Source of the DNA: Candidatus Levyibacteriota bacterium | GTDB taxonomy: Bacteria > Patescibacteriota > Microgenomatia > Levybacterales > UBA12049 | Direction of reading: 5' to 3' | DNA: 64,000 nucleotides | Assembly (NCBI GenBank): GCA_016182185.1 | Contig: JACOXU010000001.1 | Location: 274,915-338,914 of the forward strand | Shown: positions 18,665-29,011 of the stretch, piece by piece | Layout: the number at the start of each line of letters is the position of its first letter | How positions within the stretch are numbered: position 1 is the stretch's first letter | Position numbers and translations under genes: made by a program | The notes under the pieces: generated by a model | Database searches by the model: none | Told to the model about the DNA's origin: nothing | What the model saw: only the letters and a program-made list of their open reading frames with translations

Positions 18665-21004
18665 TAATACTGTACTTACTATAGTAATTAATATTAAACC
18701 CGTAAAAAAACTATATATTCCAACTCTAAAACTTAGCGGATTATAGGTAAATTCAACAGTGTGTTTTCCCTTTGATACAGGAACTGCCCTAAAGATATAA
18801 TCTGCCCTATAGACTTCTGATTTTCTTCCGTCAACGTAAGCCTCCCAACCCTTGTAATAAACGTCAGATAAAAACAGCAGGCCATCGTCATTTGTGTCAA
18901 CCGATATTTTTATCTTATTTGGAGTATAACTTATAATTTCTGCATTACCAATCTCTCCTTCAGACTGCTGAATACTTGGATTTTTCTCAAGAATAATTTC
19001 GTTTCTTAAATTAAAATTGTCGCTAAACATAGTACTTAAAATTTTTTGATCGTCCTGAATAACTCTGTACTTTCCAACCATAAATACTCTTGGAAATACC
19101 TCTTTATTTTCAAAAAATTTATAGTGTTTATCAGCGTAAACCAATTTAAATCTATCTTGAGGGTATTTCCAGACTGGAAATGTCCAACCCATATTGTCAT
19201 CAGAAATTTTATGAATGATATATTTTATTCCCAATAAATTAATAGAATCGGATGTGGATTTTCCATCTCTTGAGAAAATAACTACTGATGCCCATAATTC
19301 ATCTCTTAATCCCGCATTTATAAATGAAATAAACTCTCCATATCTTTTTATATAAACTGCATCATAACCCTCAATAGACGGAACTTTATAGTAAACCAAG
19401 GCCTCGGCTCCAAGATTTCCCAAGACCCTTTCATAGCCCGAAATTCTTTTAAACTCCTGCGTTGTTTTCGTATCTGGAAAAACTAAATGTTTTGGATCAA
19501 ATGCTTGCCATTTTATGGCAAAACGAAGCATGTCAAAAGAAACAATAAAAAGAAAAAATAAAGATAAAAATGAAAGTATTAATCCTTTATTGTCTTTAGT
19601 CTTTTTAAGATATAAAACGGAAAAAAGAACAGATATAGATACCAGAATAAAAAGCCCTGTCGGAAGAATTAAATTTTGCCGTGCCACCACCAGCCTGTCT
19701 TGGGGGATGTATATCCTGAAAACAACTATCAACCAAAGTAATGAAAAAACAACAGTAAAAGATCCTATCCAAATTAAAATTTTTTTAATCTTATATTTTT
19801 TTATATCAACTAATAGTTCCTCTAATCCAAATGCTGCAAGAATTGCGAATAAAAAACTATAAACTACGATAATTCTGCTTGCGGCACTTGTTGATAAAAC
19901 TGGAATATGAAGATTTACCAGAAAAGTTAATAAGGGTGTGTTAAAAGCCAAAAGTAAAATAAAAATACCAAATATGAATAAAAAAAATGTTTGAACTTTT
20001 TTTTTACTTGTTAATCCATAAATAGAGAGGATTAAAGGCAAAACTCCAATATAACCATTCCACTCAGCATAGTGGCCAAACCAATCATTCCTAGTTATTG
20101 GGTTACCAAAAAAATCAGGTGCAATAAAAGTTGCAATATATTCCCAAGGAATTATCTCTCCTACCCTGAATAGTCCACTCCTGAAAGTTTGAAAATATAA
20201 TTCTATAGAAGGAAAAAGTTGGGGTGATGACAATAATACTCCTAAAAAAGTGTAAGATATTAAATACAGTGCATGATAGATATTTTTACTAACAATTGAT
20301 TTGTAAAAAATATAAATTACAACTGTCAGCAAGAAATATAAACTCATTTGAAAATGGCCACTAAAAAATGATAAAGGAATTGTAATGCTTAAAAGTGCAA
20401 GGAATATAATTTTCTTTTCCTTAATATAATTTTCTATGGCAAATATAGCCAGAGGTAAAAATAAAATTGCGTAAGCAAGTGTTCCATATCCCATCCAAAC
20501 TGTAATAAACCCGCAAAACATAAAAGAAATCGATGAGATCAGGCCTATTAACTTACTAAAATTAAAAGCTCTAATGAGCAAATACATAAATAACCCTGCC
20601 AGTAGAGGTTGAAGAAGTATTAAAATACTCCATGCATCAATAAAGGGCAAGATAAAAAATAAAAAGTTAAATGGAGAAAAAACAGCAGACTGGTAATTTG
20701 CAAGATGAGGCGTTCCTGAAAAACTGTATGGATTCCAAAGAGGAACTTGTCCGCTCTTCAAAGTATCGATAGTAAAATATTTCCAAGGATAAATTTGCGT
20801 AATAACGTCTGGCATTGCACCATTTTTGACTGGCCCCCAGAATTCTGGATATGCGCTCCAAGGCGCAAAATTATTTACTTGATAAGTCGAAGTAAACGGA
20901 ACTCTGTTTTGCAAAAAATACGGACTTGCAAATATAAACCAGATTATTACGAGAACTAACAATGGCCAAGTTTTTAGCAAAAATTTTTGAATTTTAAATT
21001 TCAC
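18641..21004 (-). CDS. YfhO-like GT-C membrane glycosyltransferase, family C paralog
   Basis: 787 aa with VPLWNPYSFSGTPHLANYQSAVFSPF and a multi-TM region followed by a C-terminal domain. Confidence 0.6.
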   Translation of the reverse strand: MKFKIQKFLLKTWPLLVLVIIWFIFASPYFLQNRVPFTSTYQVNNFAPWSAYPEFWGPVKNGAMPDVITQIYPWKYFTIDTLKSGQVPLWNPYSFSGTPHLANYQSAVFSPFNFLFFILPFIDAWSILILLQPLLAGLFMYLLIRAFNFSKLIGLISSISFMFCGFITVWMGYGTLAYAILFLPLAIFAIENYIKEKKIIFLALLSITIPLSFFSGHFQMSLYFLLTVVIYIFYKSIVSKNIYHALYLISYTFLGVLLSSPQLFPSIELYFQTFRSGLFRVGEIIPWEYIATFIAPDFFGNPITRNDWFGHYAEWNGYIGVLPLILSIYGLTSKKKVQTFFLFIFGIFILLLAFNTPLLTFLVNLHIPVLSTSAASRIIVVYSFLFAILAAFGLEELLVDIKKYKIKKILIWIGSFTVVFSLLWLIVVFRIYIPQDRLVVARQNLILPTGLFILVSISVLFSVLYLKKTKDNKGLILSFLSLFFLFIVSFDMLRFAIKWQAFDPKHLVFPDTKTTQEFKRISGYERVLGNLGAEALVYYKVPSIEGYDAVYIKRYGEFISFINAGLRDELWASVVIFSRDGKSTSDSINLLGIKYIIHKISDDNMGWTFPVWKYPQDRFKLVYADKHYKFFENKEVFPRVFMVGKYRVIQDDQKILSTMFSDNFNLRNEIILEKNPSIQQSEGEIGNAEIISYTPNKIKISVDTNDDGLLFLSDVYYKGWEAYVDGRKSEVYRADYIFRAVPVSKGKHTVEFTYNPLSFRVGIYSFFTGLILITIVSTVLSRRRFLK

Positions 21005-21006
21005 TT

Positions 21007-21795
21007 TTAATTTTTTTTTGGGTTAATTTTAACTTTATTCTGAAACTCCCAAAGTCTTGCATAGGTAATAAAAATGCTAAAAGCCTGATAAATACTCTCA
21101 ATGATCCCTGCGGTGCCTGCTTTCCATCCGCTTTGTTTTATATAAGAATCTAAAAAGGCAGAAAGCATCACTCTGGGAAAACGCCACCATGTCATTTTGG
21201 GATGATTGTTGCTAAATTTAAGACCCGCCTCAATTTCCGACCAGCTTAATGTTTTTGTAACCATTGATGATAGGTCATGATGAGTAAAGTGGAGAAGAAA
21301 ACCCTCTAATTCTTTTATATCTCCATCAAAGATTGGACTCTCATGAAGCTTACCTTTCCATGATTTCAATTTTTTCCTTAAAAATAATCTTTCCATTTTT
21401 TCTATATAGGGCCATTCATGATTTCCAAAGTAAAAATTCTTTCTCTTGAATCTATAGGAAACAATGCCATTTCTAAAATTATTCACTGCCAAACTTATTT
21501 CTTCCCTAAGTTTTTCCGATACTCTTTCATCTGCATCAACATACAAAATCCACTCAAAAGATGCTTTTTCAAGACCAAAATTTCTAAGATCAGAGAAACT
21601 ATCTGATTTTAAACTGAAAACCTTAGCTCCCATCTTATGAGCTATTTCACAGGTTTTATCCTGAGAATTGTTGTCAACAATAATAATCTCGTCGCAGAAA
21701 GAAATTGACTCTATGCAATCTTTAATCTTCTCTTCTTCATTTTTGGTAATTACAACAGCAGATATCTTACTCATATTGAAAACTTCCTTTTCCAA
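21007..21795 (-). CDS. GT2 family glycosyltransferase
   Basis: MSKISAVVITKNEEEKIKDCIESI...IIIVDNNSQDKT...VDADE. A paralog of 22689-23588. Confidence 0.65.
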   Translation of the reverse strand: MEKEVFNMSKISAVVITKNEEEKIKDCIESISFCDEIIIVDNNSQDKTCEIAHKMGAKVFSLKSDSFSDLRNFGLEKASFEWILYVDADERVSEKLREEISLAVNNFRNGIVSYRFKRKNFYFGNHEWPYIEKMERLFLRKKLKSWKGKLHESPIFDGDIKELEGFLLHFTHHDLSSMVTKTLSWSEIEAGLKFSNNHPKMTWWRFPRVMLSAFLDSYIKQSGWKAGTAGIIESIYQAFSIFITYARLWEFQNKVKINPKKN

Positions 21796-22687
21796 ATTTA
21801 CCCGAATAGAAATCTCTTACTCCCTTTTTTTGCCATTTTCTTCCTTTTGTCAAGAGTATAATACTTTCTTTCAAAAGAGCTAGTTTTGATCTATATGGAG
21901 CATATTTCATTCCAAACAGCAAACGATTTCGAGTCAAATAATAATCCTGAAGTTCTGAACCTGATCCACCCGCAGACCCGGCGTTCTTGTGCCATAAAAT
22001 TGCGCGAGGAGCATATATTGTTTTATAGCCCGTCTTTTTGCTTCTTTGACAAAAATCGGCATCTTCATAGTACAGAAAATATTTTTCATCAAATTTTCCA
22101 ATTTTTTCAATTAACTCTCTTTTTATCAACATACAAGCACCGCTTGCAAATTCGGTTTCTAAAATATGATTGTATTGTCCATTATCTACTTCATCAACAC
22201 CAGTATGTTTTCCTATAATATTGTTCCAATCAATTTGTCCTCCGGCATACCAAATCACTCTTCCTAATTCATCTTTTTTGTATCTGTCTTTATGAAATTC
22301 GAAACCCGGAAAAAAATAAATTTTTGGCGTAGCAATTCCTACTTTACTATTTTTCTCTAATTCTCTTAACAATTCTTGAACTAAATTTGAATCAACAATA
22401 GTGTCATTATTTAAAATCAATATATAATCTGCATCCTTTGAGAGTGCAAAATCTATTCCTACATTATGGCCCCCGGAAAACCCTAGATTTTGCTCATTTC
22501 TTATTATTTTAATTTGATTTTTAAATCGTAAATCACGAATAGTAAATTTTTCTTTTGAATTGTTATCAATCACAACTACATTCAATTTTGGGCCAGCTGA
22601 GTTAAGTTTCTCTATGGACTCTAAACAATCAATAGTATTTTGTCTTCCATTGAAATTAATCAGGGAGATAAAGATGTTTTTCATCAA
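21767..22687 (-). CDS. GT2 family glycosyltransferase
   Basis: FISLINFNGRQNTIDCLESI...VVIDNNS...YYEDADF. GT-A fold with a DXD-type motif. Confidence 0.6.
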   Translation of the reverse strand: MMKNIFISLINFNGRQNTIDCLESIEKLNSAGPKLNVVVIDNNSKEKFTIRDLRFKNQIKIIRNEQNLGFSGGHNVGIDFALSKDADYILILNNDTIVDSNLVQELLRELEKNSKVGIATPKIYFFPGFEFHKDRYKKDELGRVIWYAGGQIDWNNIIGKHTGVDEVDNGQYNHILETEFASGACMLIKRELIEKIGKFDEKYFLYYEDADFCQRSKKTGYKTIYAPRAILWHKNAGSAGGSGSELQDYYLTRNRLLFGMKYAPYRSKLALLKESIILLTKGRKWQKKGVRDFYSGKFGKGSFQYE

Positions 22688-22688
22688 T

Positions 22689-23588
22689 TTATTTATTCAA
22701 AAAGCGGTAGATAATTTTTTTGATTGGACTTTTTGTTTGATTTATTTTTACCTCCAAAAACCAATGCTTAAACTCGATACCAAAATTCTTTAACTCTTTT
22801 TCTAATTCAGTTAATAAATTATTATCTGAGATATCTTTAAAACCGAGTTTTTGCCAAATATTTATAAATATAACTAAATGATAAAAAGCCATAAGTATAG
22901 ATAAGGCAATGCCATGTAAACCGTCTTTATATCCTTTTCTTGCAAAAAACCTGCTCAAAAATTCCTTAATCGGAAATCTTATTATATCTTGCCATTTTAA
23001 TTCGTACCCATTCTTAATAAGTTGAGTTGCTTCATTTTCTGTATAAATAATTAATTTTTGCAAAAACTGGGTAATAGTTTCATAATTTCTATGAATCATT
23101 GGGTTTTTAAGATATTCAGACTTTCCCTCAAGCTTTATCATCTCATGAACATGTTTCTCCTCAAATTTCCCTTTATTTCTTCTAAATAATCTTAATTGAT
23201 GATCAGGGTACCAACCGGTATGTTCAATCCATTTCCCGAAAATTATGTTTTTTCGAGGAACCCAATAACCATTTATTTTGGCATTCGATGCTTTAAGCGT
23301 GGATTTAATTTCACCAACTAAATCATCTGAAATTTCTTCATCAGCATCTAATGACAGTATCCAATCACCGGTTGCCTTTGTGAAACCGAAGTTTTTATTT
23401 ACATTAAGCATCGGATTATTGGGTCTTTTAAAAATTTTAGAAGTAAATTTTTGGGCAATTTCTACTGTTCTATCAGCGGACATATTATCTACCAGGATAA
23501 TCTCATCGGCAAACCTAACTGATTCAAGACAATCTTTAATCTTACTTTCTTCATTAAACGCTGAAATTACTACAGAAAGTTTTGTCAT
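22689..23588 (-). CDS. GT2 family glycosyltransferase
   Basis: MTKLSVVISAFNEESKIKDCLESV...ILVDNMSADRT...LDADE. Confidence 0.65.
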   Translation of the reverse strand: MTKLSVVISAFNEESKIKDCLESVRFADEIILVDNMSADRTVEIAQKFTSKIFKRPNNPMLNVNKNFGFTKATGDWILSLDADEEISDDLVGEIKSTLKASNAKINGYWVPRKNIIFGKWIEHTGWYPDHQLRLFRRNKGKFEEKHVHEMIKLEGKSEYLKNPMIHRNYETITQFLQKLIIYTENEATQLIKNGYELKWQDIIRFPIKEFLSRFFARKGYKDGLHGIALSILMAFYHLVIFINIWQKLGFKDISDNNLLTELEKELKNFGIEFKHWFLEVKINQTKSPIKKIIYRFLNK

Positions 23589-23593
23589 ATAAT

Positions 23594-25045
23594 TTATGTT
23601 AAGTTTTCTTTTATTAGATTTATATCTGCTATCAATTCTTTCTTTGCAATTAAGAATATTAATCCAAAATATAGTATAGCACCCATCATGATCATTATCA
23701 GTAAAGTTACAATATTCCTTACTATCAATGGGCTAAGAAAATAAATAACAACACCCATTACCAATGTGCAGAATGCAGGATATTTAATTATTGTGAAGAT
23801 GTTGAAATCTATGTGTTTTTTTGCTAAATAAACAACTACTCCTAGTGAAAGAGCAATAAAAGCTGATGCTGCTGATACACCATTGAAACCAAAAATAACT
23901 ATAGCTATGGGGGTCAATATCCAGGTTGCAATAGTCCAAAAAACCATCAAATATAATGTAATTTTAATTTTTCCTATCGCGTTTAAAGCGTTTGTCAATG
24001 GCGTTGAGATTGATGACAAGACTGCGTTTAAAGAGAAAAGAGATAAGGATATTAATGCGGGTTCCCATTTTGTATATTTAGGAATAATCTTAACAAAATA
24101 AGGAAATAAAACTATAAGCCCCATGAGAGAAGGGAAAATTAAAAAGCTGGAAGCAAAAATTGATTTCTCTAGTGCCTTACTAAGAATATTTTTATCATGC
24201 TGAAGTCTTGAAAAAGACGGAAATGTTATACGTATTACGTTATCCATTATCAAGCGCAGTGGAGTAAATGCCCATTTTTGGGCAAAACCTATGTAGCCTA
24301 CCTGAGCAATGGGTAGAACTTTTCCAAGATATGCTATCAAAAGATCATCCTTAATAAGAGCCAGAAAACTATTCATCTGAAAAGGGACTCCAAATGATAA
24401 AAGTTTCGAGGCTGATTTTTTTGAAAATCCAAATCTTATTCTCCAGGGACTAATGATATAGATTGTTATAAGTCCCGATAGTCCCCTTGCCAAAACTGCC
24501 AAGGAAAAACTGGTCACCCCGAACCCATTTATAGCAAGCAGAACTACAATAACGTTAAAAAAAATGTTTTCTACTATTTGAGGGACAACTAATTTTTCAA
24601 AATTTAAGTTTCTTTCAAGAATAATCGAAGGAATTGTCTTAAGCGAAGAAAGAAAAAAAGAAACAATCAACGCCTGAAATAAAAACACTCCATCATTCCC
24701 CAGATTATAAAAAGACTTAATAAAATTAGAAGAAAGTAATGCAATCACGACAAGAGTTGCAACAAGAATTTGCTGGATTGTAAACGTTGTTGAGAGATCC
24801 TCATCCGTTATTGCTTCTTTCTTTTGAATTAATGCTGCGGCAAGTCCAATATCTGAAAAGTATGAAAGAAAGGCAATTGCGGCAGAAACTACAAAAAATA
24901 CACCAAAAACAGACGGGGAAAGAAAAATTGTAAGAAGAAAGTTTGCACCAAATCCCAAAATTTGTATTGCAAAAGTACGATAAACCAAGGCAAAAATTCC
25001 ACGAACTGATCTTTTTGTGATTAGAGCAAGATCAACTTCTTCCAT
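23594..25045 (-). CDS. Wzx-like polysaccharide/oligosaccharide flippase (MOP superfamily)
   Basis: 483 aa with about 12-14 TM segments and no soluble domains. It sits between GT2 genes, as flippases typically do in glycan clusters. Confidence 0.5.
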   Translation of the reverse strand: MEEVDLALITKRSVRGIFALVYRTFAIQILGFGANFLLTIFLSPSVFGVFFVVSAAIAFLSYFSDIGLAAALIQKKEAITDEDLSTTFTIQQILVATLVVIALLSSNFIKSFYNLGNDGVFLFQALIVSFFLSSLKTIPSIILERNLNFEKLVVPQIVENIFFNVIVVLLAINGFGVTSFSLAVLARGLSGLITIYIISPWRIRFGFSKKSASKLLSFGVPFQMNSFLALIKDDLLIAYLGKVLPIAQVGYIGFAQKWAFTPLRLIMDNVIRITFPSFSRLQHDKNILSKALEKSIFASSFLIFPSLMGLIVLFPYFVKIIPKYTKWEPALISLSLFSLNAVLSSISTPLTNALNAIGKIKITLYLMVFWTIATWILTPIAIVIFGFNGVSAASAFIALSLGVVVYLAKKHIDFNIFTIIKYPAFCTLVMGVVIYFLSPLIVRNIVTLLIMIMMGAILYFGLIFLIAKKELIADINLIKENLT

Positions 25046-25745
25046 AATTCAGATCTTTCCATAAAATAAAACTCTCTTTTATTGCTCGCAAAATTACTCT
25101 TAGATTCCCTCCGCTTTGATCTCCATAAATTCTAGGATAGTGAGATACATTCACCTGACTTATTTTAAGTTTTTCTTTTTTGGCCTTGGCTAATATCTCT
25201 GTCGTAATCATTGCGCCCTCTGATCTTAGAGGGGTAATTCTTTCAAGTGCCTGTTTTTTAAACATTTTAAATCCGCAATCAATATCTCTGAAAACGAAAC
25301 CAAAAAATACGAAATCCCAAATCTTGAGTAGATTCATTAAGATATGTCTAATAGGATGATCGTGTCTTTTCTGCCTGTAGCCAATTACTATATCCGAGTT
25401 TTTAATTTTAGGAAAAAATCTTGAAACTTGGGAAAAATCAAATTGACCGTCACCGTCCGTAAATACAACCAGGTTATATTTTGCTGCCTCAAAACCTGAC
25501 CTGAGTGAGGCACCGTAGCCACGATTTATTTTATGAGCAACGACCTTAAGATTAGAGTCTTTTCCTGCAATGCTTGTGGCAATTTTTAAAGTATCATCAG
25601 ATGAACCGTCATCCACCATGATTATCTCCCAATCCTGAGCACTTTTTTTTGCAACTCTAATTGCACTGTCAACAACCTTTTCAATATTTTTTTCTTCGTT
25701 CCAAAAAGGGAAAAAAATAGAAAGTTCAGCGATTTTTTTGTCCAT
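25032..25745 (-). CDS. GT2 glycosyltransferase, GtrB/DPM1-like polyprenyl-phosphate sugar synthase
   Basis: LSIFFPFWNEEKNI...IIMVDDGSSDDT...VFTDGDGQFD. Confidence 0.7.
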   Translation of the reverse strand: MDKKIAELSIFFPFWNEEKNIEKVVDSAIRVAKKSAQDWEIIMVDDGSSDDTLKIATSIAGKDSNLKVVAHKINRGYGASLRSGFEAAKYNLVVFTDGDGQFDFSQVSRFFPKIKNSDIVIGYRQKRHDHPIRHILMNLLKIWDFVFFGFVFRDIDCGFKMFKKQALERITPLRSEGAMITTEILAKAKKEKLKISQVNVSHYPRIYGDQSGGNLRVILRAIKESFILWKDLNYGRS

Positions 25746-27459
25746 AGACTATTTTTCTAGTAGAAAAGATTATACCAATAATAAATACAAATAAGCCAGT
25801 AAGTGAGAGGGCATTGGCGAATTTCTCAATAGACGTTTGAACAAATTCTGCATACAATTCATGCCTTCCCGGCTCAATTATCAGGCTTATTCCATTCTCT
25901 AAAATGCTGGGTGTTGTTTTTTTACCATCTATGTAAAATTGCCACGCAGGAAAATAAGCTATATTTAATTGTATTTCTGATCGCTTTGAAATATCAAAAA
26001 AATAGCGAAGAGTTTTCGAATTTTCTAATTCAAAAAGTGTTCTTCCCTCATCCTCCTTAATTTCAATGATTTTACTGGGAATATCTTCTCTATTCCTAGG
26101 TTTGTTAAAGCCTTTTGGCATGTATTCATCTGAAATCTTTGATATTCTCCATCTTAAATTACTAGGACTTGTATAATCTTTTTCTGTTTTAAACTCTGTT
26201 GTTTGGGGATTAAAGAGTTTTGCATTAAAGAAGATAAGAGAAAATAACAAAATAGATACAACGAGAGGTATAATAAATTTGTTGGTCTTAAGCGTTTTGA
26301 GCTTTTTTTCCGTAAACCATAGAAAAAATCCTGTAAGAACTGCTGAAAAGAACGAAGTCAACAAAAGAAATCTCCACGGATACTGAAAAAATGCCATAAG
26401 AGGAATCTGTTCCCAAATAGGCTTTGAAATCTCAAGCATCAAAAAAATTGATAATAGTATTCCGGCTGTAGAAAAAAATGTAAATAATATCGTATTTTTG
26501 TACTTATCATTGTCAAATTTTGTTTTTAATACAAGCCATATTAAGCTTAAAAAGCCAAGAAGAGACAGTAGTAAATGCATCTTGCCAATCTTAAATGATA
26601 ATCCGTCTATGCAACCGGGTGCTGACCCTCCAAAGCCCCAGGGACTTTGCCAAAGCTGCTCAACACAAACAAAGTGATCTCGAAAATCCGCTCCTCCTCC
26701 AATTTGAGAAATTACATTTGTATATTTCATCTCAAAAAGTGCAGGAATCCAGTAAAATGCAGAAATCATTAAGCCTAGAACTATAGCAATTAGCGGATTG
26801 ATGAAAGTATTTATTCTTTTTTCTCTATAATAATTTAAAAAATAAAATAATATGAAAACCAATATGAAAGGCGTGATCATCATTGCGGTTAAGTTATGTG
26901 AAAGAATGACCCCTGCGTAACTTATTGCACCAATTGCGATATATTTCCATTTTTTTTCAAAAGCACTCCTCAAGAGTCCATAAAAAACAAGTGGAATAAA
27001 AGTATATGCCCAGGATTCTGAAATATCCCCTCTAATATAAATGTCTAAGGCGTGGAATGGGGCATACATATAAAAAAGAGCTGATGTGACACCTGCAATT
27101 TTCCCAAATAGGTAAGATGTTAATATATACATAAAAATTCCAGAAAGGATAATTCCTAAGCCCATTATAATTTTTGTTGAAATTAAAGCATCAAAACCAA
27201 AAATATTTATAATTGACCCTGCATAATATGTAAGGGGTGCATAGAAATTAAAAATCGGATAACCGTATCCGTATCCAAGATCAGGAACCCATCTGACCGG
27301 AAACTGTCCATCTAGAAGAGCCAGTTTCATTTCAAATACCCTTGCCACTTGAGTATCATCGTGTATGGGAAAGAATCCGGGATTAAAAAGAGGTTTTATT
27401 GTCAAAAAAGAAAGTATAATAACAAACAGAAAAGGTGCAATTTTTTTAAAAAAAATCAT
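25726..27459 (-). CDS. Family B polytopic membrane protein (GT-C-like)
   Basis: 577 aa with PIHDDTQVARVFEMKLALLDGQFPVRWVPDLGYGYGYPIFNFYAPLTYY. Confidence 0.55.
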   Translation of the reverse strand: MIFFKKIAPFLFVIILSFLTIKPLFNPGFFPIHDDTQVARVFEMKLALLDGQFPVRWVPDLGYGYGYPIFNFYAPLTYYAGSIINIFGFDALISTKIIMGLGIILSGIFMYILTSYLFGKIAGVTSALFYMYAPFHALDIYIRGDISESWAYTFIPLVFYGLLRSAFEKKWKYIAIGAISYAGVILSHNLTAMMITPFILVFILFYFLNYYREKRINTFINPLIAIVLGLMISAFYWIPALFEMKYTNVISQIGGGADFRDHFVCVEQLWQSPWGFGGSAPGCIDGLSFKIGKMHLLLSLLGFLSLIWLVLKTKFDNDKYKNTILFTFFSTAGILLSIFLMLEISKPIWEQIPLMAFFQYPWRFLLLTSFFSAVLTGFFLWFTEKKLKTLKTNKFIIPLVVSILLFSLIFFNAKLFNPQTTEFKTEKDYTSPSNLRWRISKISDEYMPKGFNKPRNREDIPSKIIEIKEDEGRTLFELENSKTLRYFFDISKRSEIQLNIAYFPAWQFYIDGKKTTPSILENGISLIIEPGRHELYAEFVQTSIEKFANALSLTGLFVFIIGIIFSTRKIVYGQKNR

Positions 27460-29009
27460 AACTTTATTAAATATTTCTTTTTACTAATTAGAAGAAAAAT
27501 AATAAATAGTAAACTGATAATAGAAATTACATCACTTAAAAACCTAATTCTAGTTTCGGAAAATTTAACTTCAACGTGATGATTGCCCGACGAAACATTA
27601 AATCTGATCAATCCATTCTCATCATAAATAATTGGTACGGACCTTCTGTTTATTTCCAACATCCATCCCGGAAAATAAACTGTGTTTATCTGAATTTGAC
27701 TTTCCTTATTTGAAAAAAAATTAAAAATAAATTTATTTCCGTTTGTTGAAAAATTACTTATTTCCCCTTCCCCGCTTATTATTTCTATCTTTTTTTCAGG
27801 CATCTTAGCAGGAACCTGTCTGATCCATCTTGGCATATATTCATTTTTAACAGTTGTGGTATCTTGATTGGTAGAATAATAAGAATCGGGATAATTCTCG
27901 AAATTTTGAGGTTTCAAAAAATCCTTTGCAGAAAAAAATATTGCTAGAAGGTATATAATCCCAATTATTATCTTTGCTTTATTTTTAAAATGACTCAGTT
28001 GCGATGCGGAAAGAAATGCAATGCTTAAGGTAATTAAAGATAAAAACCTAAAAGGAAATTGAATTAGAGCAACAAATGGTAAATTTCTCCACAAAAATTC
28101 ACTAAATGGAATTATTAAAAATAAAGATACAACAGTTATTGATAGAAAATAAATATCAACCTTATTTCTTCTTTTATAAAAAGGGGTAAGGCTAAGTACT
28201 AATACTAAAATAAAAATAAATCCGAGTAGATTATAATTACTCAAAGACACAAAATAATCTGAATAATTTGAAACGCTTACAGAATCAAATATTGTAAATT
28301 GTTTATCATATATGGCTGGGATCCAAAAGAATGCACCAAGACCCAATCCAAGAATTAAAGGGGATAGTATCTTTAAAAAAACTTTTTTATTAATTTTTGG
28401 GCTTGAGAGAATATGATATAAAAAAATTATAGGTAAAAATAATAACGCAAGTGAATTATGCGAGGTTATCAAAAGCCCATATCCAATTCCGGCTAGTATT
28501 AAATTTTGTTTTTCTATCGACCATAAAATAAAAGGAACAATTGCAAGTGCAAGCACTTCTCCAACTGATCCTCTTTTATACACATCCCACAGGTGGTATG
28601 GAAAATATAAATATAAAAGCGATCCCACAAAAGATGCAAAATAATCAAATCTCTTTCTCAACCACAAAAAACAGAAAACAGCTGAGAATATTAAACTAGT
28701 GCCTAATATTACTTTTATCGTATCAACGAAACTTGCACCCAAAATATGAATCGGTACGCCAATATACATGAAGAGAGGGTAAAGGAAATTCGAGACTGGA
28801 TAACCATATCCGTTGTTGAGGCGCGAAAGAAAACGCACAGGGAACTGACCATTCCTCAACGATTCATAAAATGCTGAAAATCGTATAACCATCCAGTTTC
28901 CGTCATCACTCTGAAAATATCCCGGTTGAAAAAGATAAAATATTGCAGGAATTGAAAATAAGATTAGTAAAATTATTGAAATTTTTTTGAAAATATTTAA
29001 ATATTTCAT
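27456..29009 (-). CDS. Family B polytopic membrane protein (GT-C-like)
   Basis: 517 aa with SDDGNWMVIRFSAFYESLRNGQFPVRFLSRLNNGYGYPVSNFLYPLFMY. Confidence 0.55.
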   Translation of the reverse strand: MKYLNIFKKISIILLILFSIPAIFYLFQPGYFQSDDGNWMVIRFSAFYESLRNGQFPVRFLSRLNNGYGYPVSNFLYPLFMYIGVPIHILGASFVDTIKVILGTSLIFSAVFCFLWLRKRFDYFASFVGSLLYLYFPYHLWDVYKRGSVGEVLALAIVPFILWSIEKQNLILAGIGYGLLITSHNSLALLFLPIIFLYHILSSPKINKKVFLKILSPLILGLGLGAFFWIPAIYDKQFTIFDSVSVSNYSDYFVSLSNYNLLGFIFILVLVLSLTPFYKRRNKVDIYFLSITVVSLFLIIPFSEFLWRNLPFVALIQFPFRFLSLITLSIAFLSASQLSHFKNKAKIIIGIIYLLAIFFSAKDFLKPQNFENYPDSYYSTNQDTTTVKNEYMPRWIRQVPAKMPEKKIEIISGEGEISNFSTNGNKFIFNFFSNKESQIQINTVYFPGWMLEINRRSVPIIYDENGLIRFNVSSGNHHVEVKFSETRIRFLSDVISIISLLFIIFLLISKKKYLIKL

Positions 29010-29011
29010 AA

